DNA from: Eubacteriales bacterium
GTDB taxonomy: Bacteria > Bacillota > Clostridia > Oscillospirales > JAAYXM01
Length of the DNA stretch: 64,000 nt
Assembly (NCBI GenBank): GCA_045539475.1
Contig: JAZQFJ010000097.1
Coordinates: forward strand, 343 to 64,342
Reading direction: 5' to 3'
The position numbers were made by a program, and so were the translations under genes. Numbering within the stretch: position 1 is the stretch's first letter; the number at the start of each line of letters is the position of its first letter. The notes beneath the pieces are model-generated. The model searched no databases. It was not told the origin of the DNA and worked only from the letters and a program-made list of their open reading frames with translations. Positions 38,586-48,351 of this stretch are shown here, piece after piece.

Positions 38586-39452
38586 GTGGTATATCTTTGT
38601 GCCGATGATTACGGATTGTGCAAAGAAATCTCCGAACACATACAGCGGTGTATTGACGCGGGTGCGCTTAATAAGGTCAGCGTTTTCCCGAATTTTGACG
38701 CGGTGGATTTGCAGAAGATACGGAATAATAAAAACATCCGTATGTCCCTGCATCTCAACCTTGTCGAGGGAAAATGTATGTCAGAGGCTTATGAAATTCC
38801 CCTGCTTGCAGATGAGAAAGGGAATTTTAAGCAAACCTTTATCGGACTGCTGGTACATAGCTTAATCCATAGAAAAAAGTTTGAAGCGCAGGTGTGCAAG
38901 GAAATCAGGGCGCAGGTTTTATTTTGGAAAAAGGCGATAGGAGAAGATGTTCCTTTTTGCATAGACAGCCATCAGCATACGCATATGATTCCTGCCGTGT
39001 TCAGGGCGTTGCTTAAGGTTCTATGTGACGAAAAAATCAAACCGGAACACATAAGACTTCCCGCTGAACCGTTTTGGATATACATAAAAACACCGTCACT
39101 ATATTTCACATACAGTGTGGTTAATGTTATCAAACAATGGCTGCTGAGCTTCTTATGGCTGCTGAATAAAAATCAGGTAAAGAAACATAAAATACCGGTA
39201 TCGCATTTTTTCGGGATTCTTTTTTCGGGAAAGATGGATGAAAAAAGAGTAAGCAAAATTCTGCCGAAGTACGTTAAAATGGCAGAAAAAGACGGACAGG
39301 ATATAGAGGTTTTGTTCCATCCGGGATATATAGACAAAAACAAACTTGGTTTTAAAGAAAAAAATGTAGTGTTCGAAAAATTCTATATATCGGAAAACAG
39401 AAAAACAGAATTTGATTCTGTTATGAAAATATCAGAAAGAAGTGTGCTGTAA
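38586..39452 (+). CDS. ChbG/HpnK/YdjC-family deacetylase
   Basis: ADDYG, SLHLNLVEG, IDSHQHTH, FHPG. Confidence 0.85.
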   Translation: MVYLCADDYGLCKEISEHIQRCIDAGALNKVSVFPNFDAVDLQKIRNNKNIRMSLHLNLVEGKCMSEAYEIPLLADEKGNFKQTFIGLLVHSLIHRKKFEAQVCKEIRAQVLFWKKAIGEDVPFCIDSHQHTHMIPAVFRALLKVLCDEKIKPEHIRLPAEPFWIYIKTPSLYFTYSVVNVIKQWLLSFLWLLNKNQVKKHKIPVSHFFGILFSGKMDEKRVSKILPKYVKMAEKDGQDIEVLFHPGYIDKNKLGFKEKNVVFEKFYISENRKTEFDSVMKISERSVL

Positions 39453-40132
39453 TGCCCTACATCGAACAGGATAAGGTGGATGCAAAGACAAGAGAAAAAC
39501 TTGAGGCAATTATTGAAAAATCATATGCCTCTTACTGGAGGAAAAAAAGACTTTTCGACATCTTTTTTGCAACGCTGATTTTGTTGTTTTTTCTGCCGCT
39601 TATGATAGTTATTTCTTTGATAATCGTAATTGACGACCCAAGCGCAGGCCCTTTTTTCAGGCAGATAAGAGTTGGACGCCACGGGGAAGAGTTTTATATG
39701 TATAAGTTTCGGACTATGCGGGCTAATGCTGATGAGATGATTGAGGAGCTGGCTAAACGTAACGAAATGGACGGACCGGTTTTCAAAATGAGAGAGGATC
39801 CGCGAATAACGAGAGCGGGAAAGTTCCTGCGAAAAGTTTCTCTTGATGAGCTTATGCAGTTTTTCAATGTTCTTAAGGGTGATATGACGCTTGTGGGTCC
39901 GAGACCTCCTCTTCCGAGAGAGGTTGAGTTCTATACGGATTATCAGAAGCTGCGTCTTCTTGTTACGCCCGGCATAACCTGCACGTGGCAGATTTCAAAA
40001 AACAGAAATGATATTCCGTTTGAACAGTGGGTTGAAATGGATATCGAATACATACAGACAAGAACATATCTCAATGATTTGAAAATAATGCTGAAAACGC
40101 CGATAGTTATGCTTACAGCTACCGGCAGGTGA
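39452..40132 (+). CDS. Priming (undecaprenyl-phosphate) sugar transferase
   Basis: KRLFDI, YKFRTM, DPRITR, SLDEL, VGPRP, PGIT. Confidence 0.92.
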   Translation: MPYIEQDKVDAKTREKLEAIIEKSYASYWRKKRLFDIFFATLILLFFLPLMIVISLIIVIDDPSAGPFFRQIRVGRHGEEFYMYKFRTMRANADEMIEELAKRNEMDGPVFKMREDPRITRAGKFLRKVSLDELMQFFNVLKGDMTLVGPRPPLPREVEFYTDYQKLRLLVTPGITCTWQISKNRNDIPFEQWVEMDIEYIQTRTYLNDLKIMLKTPIVMLTATGR

Positions 40133-40153
40133 TTGGAATCCGGAGGGAAGAAA

Positions 40154-41278
40154 ATGAAAGTTGCTATGATTGGGCATAAGGTTGTTCCGTCGCGGCGCGG
40201 AGGTATAGAAAATGTGCTCACAACGCTGTGCCCGATATTGGTAGAGATGGGGCTTGATGTCACCTGTTATAACCGATCTTCAGATAAGGTTGAAAACGAA
40301 TATGTGGGAACAGTTAAGAACGGGATGTATAAGGGCGTAAAAATCAAGAATGCATGGACACTGAACGTGCGTGGCTTTGCCGCAATGATAGCATCCTTCA
40401 CTGCGGCGATAGCAGCTTCGTTTAAAAATTACGATGTTATCCATTTTCATGCAGAGGGACCGTGTGCCGCTTTGTGGATTCCTAAGCTTTTCGGCAAAAA
40501 ATGCGTGGCAACGGTTCACGGCCTTGATTGGCAGAGAGAAAAATGGGGAAAAGGTTTTGCGTCTAAGTACATAAAATTCGGGGAAAAAATTCTTGCAAAA
40601 TATGCAGATGAAGTTATTGTGTTAAGTCAGGCTGCGCGTGATTACTTCAAAGAAACGTATAACCGTGAAACCGTAATTGTTCACAATGGGATAAGCCGTC
40701 CGGAAAGACGCGACGCATGCATTATCACAGAAAAGTACGGACTATGCAAAGACGGATACATATGTCTTGTATCAAGGCTCACTGCAGAAAAAGGTGTTCA
40801 CTATCTCATTGATGCATACAGCAGAGTCAGAACGGACAAAAAGCTTGTTATTGCAGGAGATACAAGCGATACGGATGATTATGTAGGGATGCTGAAGGAA
40901 AAGGCTGCGGGGAACCCTGATATCATTTTTACAGGTTTTATATCGGGTGATGAGCTTTCTGAAATATATTCAAATGCGTATATAGCGGTGCTGCCCTCTG
41001 ACCTTGAAGGAATGTCGCTGTGCCTTTTGGAGTCTCTTGCATATAAGAACGCACTTTTGTGCTCGGATATTCCGGAGAACACGTCGGTCGCAGAGGATAA
41101 GGCGGTTTACTTTCAAAAAGGAAATGTTAAGGATTTGGCAGAAAAGCTTCAGGTTTTGTGTGACGATAGACATCTTGTGGAAAACTTAAGAGATGGTGCG
41201 GATGAGTTTATTTTAAACAAATACAGCTGGCAGGATGCTGCGAAGGCGACCTGCAGGCTTTATGAAAAATTAAAGTAA
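40154..41278 (+). CDS. GT4 glycosyltransferase
   Basis: GGIE, HFHAEGP, HGLDWQR, EGMSLCLLE. Confidence 0.9.
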   Translation: MKVAMIGHKVVPSRRGGIENVLTTLCPILVEMGLDVTCYNRSSDKVENEYVGTVKNGMYKGVKIKNAWTLNVRGFAAMIASFTAAIAASFKNYDVIHFHAEGPCAALWIPKLFGKKCVATVHGLDWQREKWGKGFASKYIKFGEKILAKYADEVIVLSQAARDYFKETYNRETVIVHNGISRPERRDACIITEKYGLCKDGYICLVSRLTAEKGVHYLIDAYSRVRTDKKLVIAGDTSDTDDYVGMLKEKAAGNPDIIFTGFISGDELSEIYSNAYIAVLPSDLEGMSLCLLESLAYKNALLCSDIPENTSVAEDKAVYFQKGNVKDLAEKLQVLCDDRHLVENLRDGADEFILNKYSWQDAAKATCRLYEKLK

Positions 41279-41291
41279 GGGTTTGTTAGAT

Positions 41292-42524
41292 ATGTATAAC
41301 AGAACAAATTTTGAAGAAATGGAAACGAGCAGGGAAAGAGTGAAAGAGTTTTTTCGGCAATTAGTACCGGCTGAGTTTTATGATACATGGGCAGAAACGT
41401 TTGAGATTGAGTATGCCGACGAAAAGCAGGTGTTGGTTACATATCACGGTGCTGAGAGTATCAAAAAATTCAAAAAAGAATGCAAAGAACCCCTGTCGCT
41501 CTGCATTTATTCGATAATGGGGTATAAAAAAAGAATAAAAATATCAAAAAAGAAAAGTCACAAAAGCTCAAACCACAAAGCAAAAAAGAAAATACGGGCT
41601 GCAAAATTCTTTGTTATAGGTATGATATTTGTCTTTTTTGCAACATCAATCATCGTTGTTATGTGCAATTATATCGGCAATCGGGATTTCAGAGAAACTT
41701 TTTACAACGTTAGTAGCCTTAAGGTTGACAGCTCGGTTCGCGTTATTCAGTTGTCTGATTTGCATGGCTCCTCCTACGGTGAAAAGAATGCAAAGCTGCT
41801 CTCTCGTGTTGAAGCTTTGAAGCCTGATATAATAATCTGCACCGGCGATATTGTTAATTCGGCGCGTGATGACGTTGATTACGCTGCGGATTTAGGTGAG
41901 AAGCTTGCAAAGATTGCACCTTCGTATTATATATACGGTAACAACGAGGTTGAAAGCATTTACGGCTTTCCGCTTAATGAAGCAGAGCTTGATCGAAAAT
42001 TCGGCTTTCGGAAGGATAATCGCGACGAAACAGCACTTTTGAAAATCGAAGATTCTTTTGAAAAAACACTTGAGAGTACCGGGATAAAGGTTCTGAAAAA
42101 CGAAAAGGACACAATAAAGGTAAAAACCATGACGATTGATGTGTATGGAGTTTTAACCTCGAATCCGTCCTCATTCTGGTCATATTCGGAAAAAGCCTTC
42201 GCGGATTATATCTATGAAAACACAGACAATCTTAAAATAACCGCAGTGCATGAGCCGTTTATTTTCCAGGAGTTCCAGCCTGAGTTTTGGGGAGATTTGA
42301 TGGTTTGCGGGCATACTCACGGCGGTGTGGTGCGCGTGCCGCTTCTCGGACCGATTTTCACGCACGAGGATGGCCTTTTCCCCGAAAGAGACGGAAACTT
42401 TGTTTACGGAAGATATGACGCTGCGGGAAAACCTCTCATCGTAAGTGGCGGACTTGAAAATTTGAATGTTTTCCGTATAAATAATCAGCCGGAGCTGGTC
42501 ATTATCGATATTAATAAATTTTAA
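41292..42524 (+). CDS. Membrane-anchored calcineurin-like metallophosphoesterase with extra N-terminal cytoplasmic domain
   Basis: SDLH, TGDIV, GNNE, HEP, GHTHGG; single TM preceded by a Lys-rich stretch. Confidence 0.85.
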   Translation: MYNRTNFEEMETSRERVKEFFRQLVPAEFYDTWAETFEIEYADEKQVLVTYHGAESIKKFKKECKEPLSLCIYSIMGYKKRIKISKKKSHKSSNHKAKKKIRAAKFFVIGMIFVFFATSIIVVMCNYIGNRDFRETFYNVSSLKVDSSVRVIQLSDLHGSSYGEKNAKLLSRVEALKPDIIICTGDIVNSARDDVDYAADLGEKLAKIAPSYYIYGNNEVESIYGFPLNEAELDRKFGFRKDNRDETALLKIEDSFEKTLESTGIKVLKNEKDTIKVKTMTIDVYGVLTSNPSSFWSYSEKAFADYIYENTDNLKITAVHEPFIFQEFQPEFWGDLMVCGHTHGGVVRVPLLGPIFTHEDGLFPERDGNFVYGRYDAAGKPLIVSGGLENLNVFRINNQPELVIIDINKF

Positions 42525-42544
42525 TTTTGTGAGGAATAGAGAGA

Positions 42545-43900
42545 ATGGTTACTGCACTATTTCAAAAATTAATCATTTTAATTGTCGGTGTATTGTTTCT
42601 GACATCGGCGGCTTTGATATATTTCCGTTCTAAAAATGTAAATCGCGCAGAGCGCACCCAGATTTTCAAAACGGCAGAATATCTTAATGCGTGGATAATT
42701 CTCATCTGCTTTATCACGACGATGGTGTATGGGATTTTCAATCACTATGAACTTAAAAAGTCTGTTCACGCAATTATCTCGCTGAACTATTCCGAGGCAT
42801 CGCAAGCGCTCAACTCCAACGGCACCCGATATAATATGGCAGAAATTATCAGCGATGAGGTTGTGGACAGAGCTATAAAAAAGGGCGCACTTGAGGATGT
42901 GACGGTAAAACAGCTTAAAAGCTGCCTTGTGGTTTATCCGTGTGTGCAGGGCGGTGTCGGAGATGAGTCTGAATATCATATTTCCACAGAGTTTGCGGTA
43001 GAGTATCACGCATCAAAGGATACAGACCATCTTGATTCGGAAAATGTTATTAAACTGATAACTGCGGCTTACAAGGAATACTATATAGAAAAATATACTG
43101 ATAATTTCAGCCTGTCTTCTGAGAAACCGGATTTTGCAAAAATGGAGTATATGGATATAGTATCGTATCTTGATAAGGAAACGGGCGCTGTTCTTAATTA
43201 TTTGTACGGTATGGCTGAAAAGAACCCGAGCTTCGTTACTGAAAACAACAGCACCTTCAATTCCATTGCAGGCAAGGTGTATCAATTTAAGGAGACCCAG
43301 ATAAATCAGAATTTAAGGTCTCTTATCCTGCAGAACGGAGTTGTAAGGGACAAGGGTGGATACATCGACCGATTGGCGTATCAAAATAAAAATGTTGATT
43401 TTGACCGCCGGAAAAACAATGCTTCCTATAATCTTTGCAACCAGGCAATTGAAATGTACAGCGAGGAAATGACCAGGGTGGTTCTCGTTCCGACATGGGA
43501 TCAATCCGGCAAATACTATATGGGAAGAACAAAGGTCGGCGTTGATGAGTTGTCCGTTATGGCAACAAATTTCAGCAATTATGTGGCATCTAACGAGAAG
43601 GAGATTATGGACAATAATCTTATAATCAATAAGATAGCTGAAAAGACTCCTAATGCCGGACTTTATGCGTCGGCGGATTCGTTGATAGAATCCATTTATA
43701 ACAGCATCAAGGGATTTGAAAAAGAAGCGATAAACGCGGGCAGAGAATATTCAAGCCACAAAATGAACCAGTGCATTGCAGTGACCATTTACGGCATCTC
43801 GCTTATGAATGAGCTGAAAACGCTTTTGCTTTTTGCAGCATTTGTGTATGTATCGCTTATTTTGCGTCATATTTCGAAGAAATTCCCTAAAAAGGCATAA
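42545..43900 (+). CDS. Polysaccharide co-polymerase-like membrane protein
   Basis: N-terminal TMs, large helical extracellular region, C-terminal TM; shares motifs with the downstream gene. Confidence 0.55.
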   Translation: MVTALFQKLIILIVGVLFLTSAALIYFRSKNVNRAERTQIFKTAEYLNAWIILICFITTMVYGIFNHYELKKSVHAIISLNYSEASQALNSNGTRYNMAEIISDEVVDRAIKKGALEDVTVKQLKSCLVVYPCVQGGVGDESEYHISTEFAVEYHASKDTDHLDSENVIKLITAAYKEYYIEKYTDNFSLSSEKPDFAKMEYMDIVSYLDKETGAVLNYLYGMAEKNPSFVTENNSTFNSIAGKVYQFKETQINQNLRSLILQNGVVRDKGGYIDRLAYQNKNVDFDRRKNNASYNLCNQAIEMYSEEMTRVVLVPTWDQSGKYYMGRTKVGVDELSVMATNFSNYVASNEKEIMDNNLIINKIAEKTPNAGLYASADSLIESIYNSIKGFEKEAINAGREYSSHKMNQCIAVTIYGISLMNELKTLLLFAAFVYVSLILRHISKKFPKKA

Positions 43901-43917
43901 AGGGCTGAGGGAGGATA

Positions 43918-45798
43918 ATGATGAAAAATTTTCAGATTTTAAGATATTTAAAAAAACTTTTGCCACTGATAATAGTTTTTTGCTTGGTGGCGACATATGC
44001 TGTTTATTTCAAGCTTTCAGGAGCTAATTCTTATATAGCTTCTGAGGTTATCCATTATAATGACGAGCAGGCAGAAAAAGGCCTTGCTCCCACCGGTGAT
44101 AAGCTGGATGTAAACGAAATTAAATCATCTGCGGTAATGTCAAAGGTTGTTGACAAGATGGGGCTTACGGGTATTTATTCGGTTGACAGCCTTATTTCAA
44201 GAATAAACATAACGCCTATTGAAGACGCAGACAAAGTTGCTCAGAAAGAGGCAAAGCTTGAAGAGGGTGAGGAATACATATATGAGCCAAGCACATTTAT
44301 TGTTTCCTTTGCGGCAACGAGCGGGGAAGGACCGGATTTTGCCCGAACAATACTTGATGAAACACTGGATGTTTATTTTGAACGCTTCAGCCAAAAGTAT
44401 GTAAATGTTGCTCCTGCAAACAATACCATTGAAAATCTTGATAAAAATGATTATGATTTTATTGAGATGATGGAGCTGATTGATACAAGTATTGACAACA
44501 CGCTCAGTACGTTGTATCAGAGAATGGAGCAGAACAATTATTACCGATCAACCGAAACCGGGGTCTCATTTGCAGAGCTTGCAGATGATTTTAATTATTT
44601 AAGACAGGTGAAGGTTTCGTCTCTGTTTTCCAAGATTTACAAGTACCAGATAACGAAGGACAAATCGGTGCTAATTTCAGACTATACAACAAGAATAGAT
44701 AACAACAACATTTCTAATGCAAAAGATGCGAGCATCGTAGAAGATGTTGTAACCGTAATTGATGCTTATGTCAAAAAAATGCGCGAGTCGGGGAATACCA
44801 ACATCACATATGAGTATATCCTTGATAATCTCCACGAGAGGAATCTGCAGGAGTATGTCGGTGATCAGACAGTAACATACGATGAGCTGATTTACAGCTG
44901 GCGCGATCATAATGAAAGCCGCGAACATGCAATTATTGATTCTGCATATTGCTCTTATGTAATAAACACGTTCTCGAATTGCACAGGAAATTGCGGAGAG
45001 CAGTGCAAAACTTCGGGAAAGACCTGCACAGAGCTTTGCAACACCCAATATGCCGCCATAAGAGAGAATGTTGAGAAGGAAATCAACACGCTTCTTGACG
45101 AGTTGACCGCTCTTTACGGTATAACCATGAAAACCAACGATGAATACAACAAATACCTCGGTGCAAGCTATATTTCAGTGCTGTCTTCGGCGTCTGTAAG
45201 AGAAAGCGTTAATGTTCCGTTGTATACGGCAATTGCATTTTTCTTCCTTGTGGTTCTCTGCTGCGGAGGTGCAATTGTTTTAGGCCGTGCGGGCGATATA
45301 ATAAACTACATCTTCTATACAGACCATCTTACCGGATATAACAACAGAGCATATCTTGATAAATACTTAAAATCAAAGGATAAAAAGCTTCTTGATGACG
45401 GCGTTGTGTACTGTTTGGTTGATATATCGAATCTGGTGCACATTAATACAGAGTACTCAAGGGATGTGGGCGATGAGATTATAAAGATGTTCGCAAGCTA
45501 CATAAAAGAAACTTTCGGCAAATCAAAGACTGAATATATTTATAACGGAAACGGCAGCTTTGTTATGTTGACGGAAGAGGCTGATTACATCACCGTTGAA
45601 GATATTATGCGGCTGTTCAGACTGCGTCTTGATGAAAGAGAAGAACACAGAAATGTCGTTATTGAGTACAAGATTGGTATTGCTGAAACCTTTAAAGAAA
45701 ACAAAACGGCAAGGAAATTGCTTTCCGAAGCAATTGAAAGCAAAAAAGGTTATGTTTCTTTCCTTGAGCAGAACAAAAACGAGCAACAGAAGGTATAA
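43918..45798 (+). CDS. Co-polymerase-like protein fused to a degenerate GGDEF domain
   Basis: TM-extracellular coiled coil-TM, then TDHLTGYNNR, DISNLVHINTEYSRDVGD and YNGNGSF in place of GGDEF. Confidence 0.75.
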   Translation: MMKNFQILRYLKKLLPLIIVFCLVATYAVYFKLSGANSYIASEVIHYNDEQAEKGLAPTGDKLDVNEIKSSAVMSKVVDKMGLTGIYSVDSLISRINITPIEDADKVAQKEAKLEEGEEYIYEPSTFIVSFAATSGEGPDFARTILDETLDVYFERFSQKYVNVAPANNTIENLDKNDYDFIEMMELIDTSIDNTLSTLYQRMEQNNYYRSTETGVSFAELADDFNYLRQVKVSSLFSKIYKYQITKDKSVLISDYTTRIDNNNISNAKDASIVEDVVTVIDAYVKKMRESGNTNITYEYILDNLHERNLQEYVGDQTVTYDELIYSWRDHNESREHAIIDSAYCSYVINTFSNCTGNCGEQCKTSGKTCTELCNTQYAAIRENVEKEINTLLDELTALYGITMKTNDEYNKYLGASYISVLSSASVRESVNVPLYTAIAFFFLVVLCCGGAIVLGRAGDIINYIFYTDHLTGYNNRAYLDKYLKSKDKKLLDDGVVYCLVDISNLVHINTEYSRDVGDEIIKMFASYIKETFGKSKTEYIYNGNGSFVMLTEEADYITVEDIMRLFRLRLDEREEHRNVVIEYKIGIAETFKENKTARKLLSEAIESKKGYVSFLEQNKNEQQKV

Positions 45799-45837
45799 AA
45801 GCGTAATTATCAGCTTTAAGAGAAGGGGGGCAGACGT

Positions 45838-47142
45838 TTGGAAAGTAAAATTCTTGAGAAAACCAAAGTTTTTTACTTTATGGTTGTGGCTGTGATGATG
45901 TATTATTTTCTCAATGAATACATTGATATAGGTCTGCACGTTACATACCGCCATGCATTCGCTCTTGTTCTCTTCTTTTCTGCAGCGCTGCTGTTTCTCT
46001 ATAAACCTAATATTGCAAGGGGCGTTACGGCTTTTGGCGATGCGTGCGTTTACAGCGTTCCGCTTGCCGTCACAACTGTGGTTTCTCTGTTCATATGGTT
46101 TATGGAAACTGTGGATGTGGGAGTTATTTCGAGAGGACTTTCAAGCTCATTTATATATGCGAATATGTTGTCCTTTGCTCTGGCAGCCGGCGCAATGCTC
46201 TATATCTTTGGCAGACGCGGCGTGTGGTATAATCTTGCGGCTATTCTGATTGCGAACATCCTTATGATTGTAACAGTTATTGCCGAGAACGGTCTTGGAA
46301 ATTATATTTCAGAATTCATAACCCTCATAACTACCTTTGCAGGTGTGACGGGAGATATTATAGTTCAGGCAGAAATTCATGAGCTTGCATTCTGTCTTGG
46401 AGCGTATCTGATTTATATGCTTTTCAAACCGAAAAAGGATATAATATACTTTATACTGCTTCTTTTAAGTCTTTTCTGCTTCTTATCGGCATTCAAGCGA
46501 ATTGCAATTATCGCAATTGCAATAGCGCTTGTGTTTGGGTATCTTTTAAAATTCATTGCGCGATACAATAAAAAAACAGCAAGCAGACTTGTTACATTCC
46601 TTACGCTTGTTGTGATAATACTTCTCATAAGCTATATTGCACTTATCAAGGCAGATGCCTTTGAACTTCTCGAAAAAGCGGGAATAAATACAAGCGGACG
46701 CGTTGAAATTTATAATGCGGTAGACGATTTTTACGAATTCAATCCCGGTTTTTTAGGTAATGGAATAGGATTTCTTACATATCAGCTCAACACGTTTATG
46801 AATGTCGGTGTTGCCTCTGTTCACAACGATTTTCTCCAGCATTTTATTGATCTTGGTTTCTGGGGATATATTATATGGCTTGTTTCAATGACGTTGGTCA
46901 GAGTGTGGTATTTCGGAAGGCGTGGCAACGTAGAGAATGCAATTGTTGCATTTATGCTTACCCTTTATCTTATAATCGTATCCACAACAGACAACACAAT
47001 GAACTATCCGCTTCTCACAGGGGTTCTTGCAATACTGATGATGGGAAACGGATTTGAAAAAAATGTACGCGATACCGAGCTTAAAATGTTTCATTATGTT
47101 TCAGAGGAAAACAGGGAAGAGGAAAGTGACTCATTGTTATGA
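45838..47142 (+). CDS. Wzy polymerase / O-antigen-ligase-family protein
   Basis: ~11 TMs; KR after TM, SGR, GNGIGF, VHNDFL...LG motifs. Confidence 0.75.
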   Translation: MESKILEKTKVFYFMVVAVMMYYFLNEYIDIGLHVTYRHAFALVLFFSAALLFLYKPNIARGVTAFGDACVYSVPLAVTTVVSLFIWFMETVDVGVISRGLSSSFIYANMLSFALAAGAMLYIFGRRGVWYNLAAILIANILMIVTVIAENGLGNYISEFITLITTFAGVTGDIIVQAEIHELAFCLGAYLIYMLFKPKKDIIYFILLLLSLFCFLSAFKRIAIIAIAIALVFGYLLKFIARYNKKTASRLVTFLTLVVIILLISYIALIKADAFELLEKAGINTSGRVEIYNAVDDFYEFNPGFLGNGIGFLTYQLNTFMNVGVASVHNDFLQHFIDLGFWGYIIWLVSMTLVRVWYFGRRGNVENAIVAFMLTLYLIIVSTTDNTMNYPLLTGVLAILMMGNGFEKNVRDTELKMFHYVSEENREEESDSLL

Positions 47143-48347
47143 AAATTCTGATGGTAAATAAGTTTCTGTATCCCCGCGGGGGAAGCGAAAGCTATATGCT
47201 GTCTCTCGGGGCACATCTTGAAAAGATGGGGCATGAGGTAGAGTATTTTGGGATGTATGATGAAAAGAATACAAAAGGAAACTCGGCGGAAAAGTATACA
47301 CAGAATATGGATTTTCACTCAAACGGAGCAGGGAGATTTCTCTATCCTTTCAAGATAATTTATTCCTTTGAAGCAAAGAAAAAAATAATGCAGGTGATAG
47401 AACGCTTCAAGCCGGATATAGTACATATGAACAATATAAATTTCCAGCTTACCCCCTCGATAATCTACGGCATTAAGAAAAAAAAGATTCCGCTTGTTCA
47501 GACCGTGCATGATTATCAGATGATTTGTCCGAATCACCTTCTTTACAATTTTGACAAAAACTGCCCTTGCGAAAAGTGTGTTAACGGTTCACTTATCAGT
47601 TGCATAAAGAATAAATGCATTCATGGATCTGCGGTCAAGAGCGTTTTGGGTGTCGTCGAGGCAAAGCTTTATTCGTGGCTTCGCACTTATAAAAAGGTTG
47701 ATTTATTTATTTGTCCGAGTAATTTTCTTGAAAAGAAGCTCCTTGTGGCAAAGAAGTATTACAAGGGAAAAACAAAAACAATACATAATTTTATAAACAA
47801 AGAAGCATTCGCACCATCTGACCGGAAGGAAGACGACTACATTGTATTTGCAGGCAGGCTTTCGAATGAAAAAGGCATTGGGCATCTTGCCGAAACGGCA
47901 CGTCTTTTGCCGGAATATACTTTCAGGGTGGCGGGAAGCGGTCCCGATGCGGATATTCTCAAAAGTATTCCCAATATCAGACTTGAGGGGTTTCTTGAGG
48001 GCGAAACGCTGACGGAGCTTATGAAAAGCGCAAAGGTTCTTCTTTTGCCGTCTGTATGCTATGAAAACTGCCCGCTTTCCATACTTGAAGCACACTCTAT
48101 GGGTGTTCCCGTTGTTACGATGAATAGCGGCGGAATGGCAGAGCTTGTAAAAGACGGAGTTACCGGTACGCTTGTAAATGAGCCTACACCTGAAAAAATT
48201 GCGCTGAAAATAAAAGAAACAGTGGAAAATGAGGATTATTACAAGAGCCTTCGGGAAAATTGCAGAAATGAAAAGGATAATATCCTGAGCGTTGAAACAT
48301 ACAGCGATATTTTAATCGGAGAATATGAAAAGCTGATTGTGAGGTGA
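47139..48347 (+). CDS. GT4 glycosyltransferase
   Basis: GGSE, TVHDY, GRLSNEKG, ENCPLSILEA. Confidence 0.9.
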   Translation: MKILMVNKFLYPRGGSESYMLSLGAHLEKMGHEVEYFGMYDEKNTKGNSAEKYTQNMDFHSNGAGRFLYPFKIIYSFEAKKKIMQVIERFKPDIVHMNNINFQLTPSIIYGIKKKKIPLVQTVHDYQMICPNHLLYNFDKNCPCEKCVNGSLISCIKNKCIHGSAVKSVLGVVEAKLYSWLRTYKKVDLFICPSNFLEKKLLVAKKYYKGKTKTIHNFINKEAFAPSDRKEDDYIVFAGRLSNEKGIGHLAETARLLPEYTFRVAGSGPDADILKSIPNIRLEGFLEGETLTELMKSAKVLLLPSVCYENCPLSILEAHSMGVPVVTMNSGGMAELVKDGVTGTLVNEPTPEKIALKIKETVENEDYYKSLRENCRNEKDNILSVETYSDILIGEYEKLIVR

Positions 48348-48351
48348 GACC

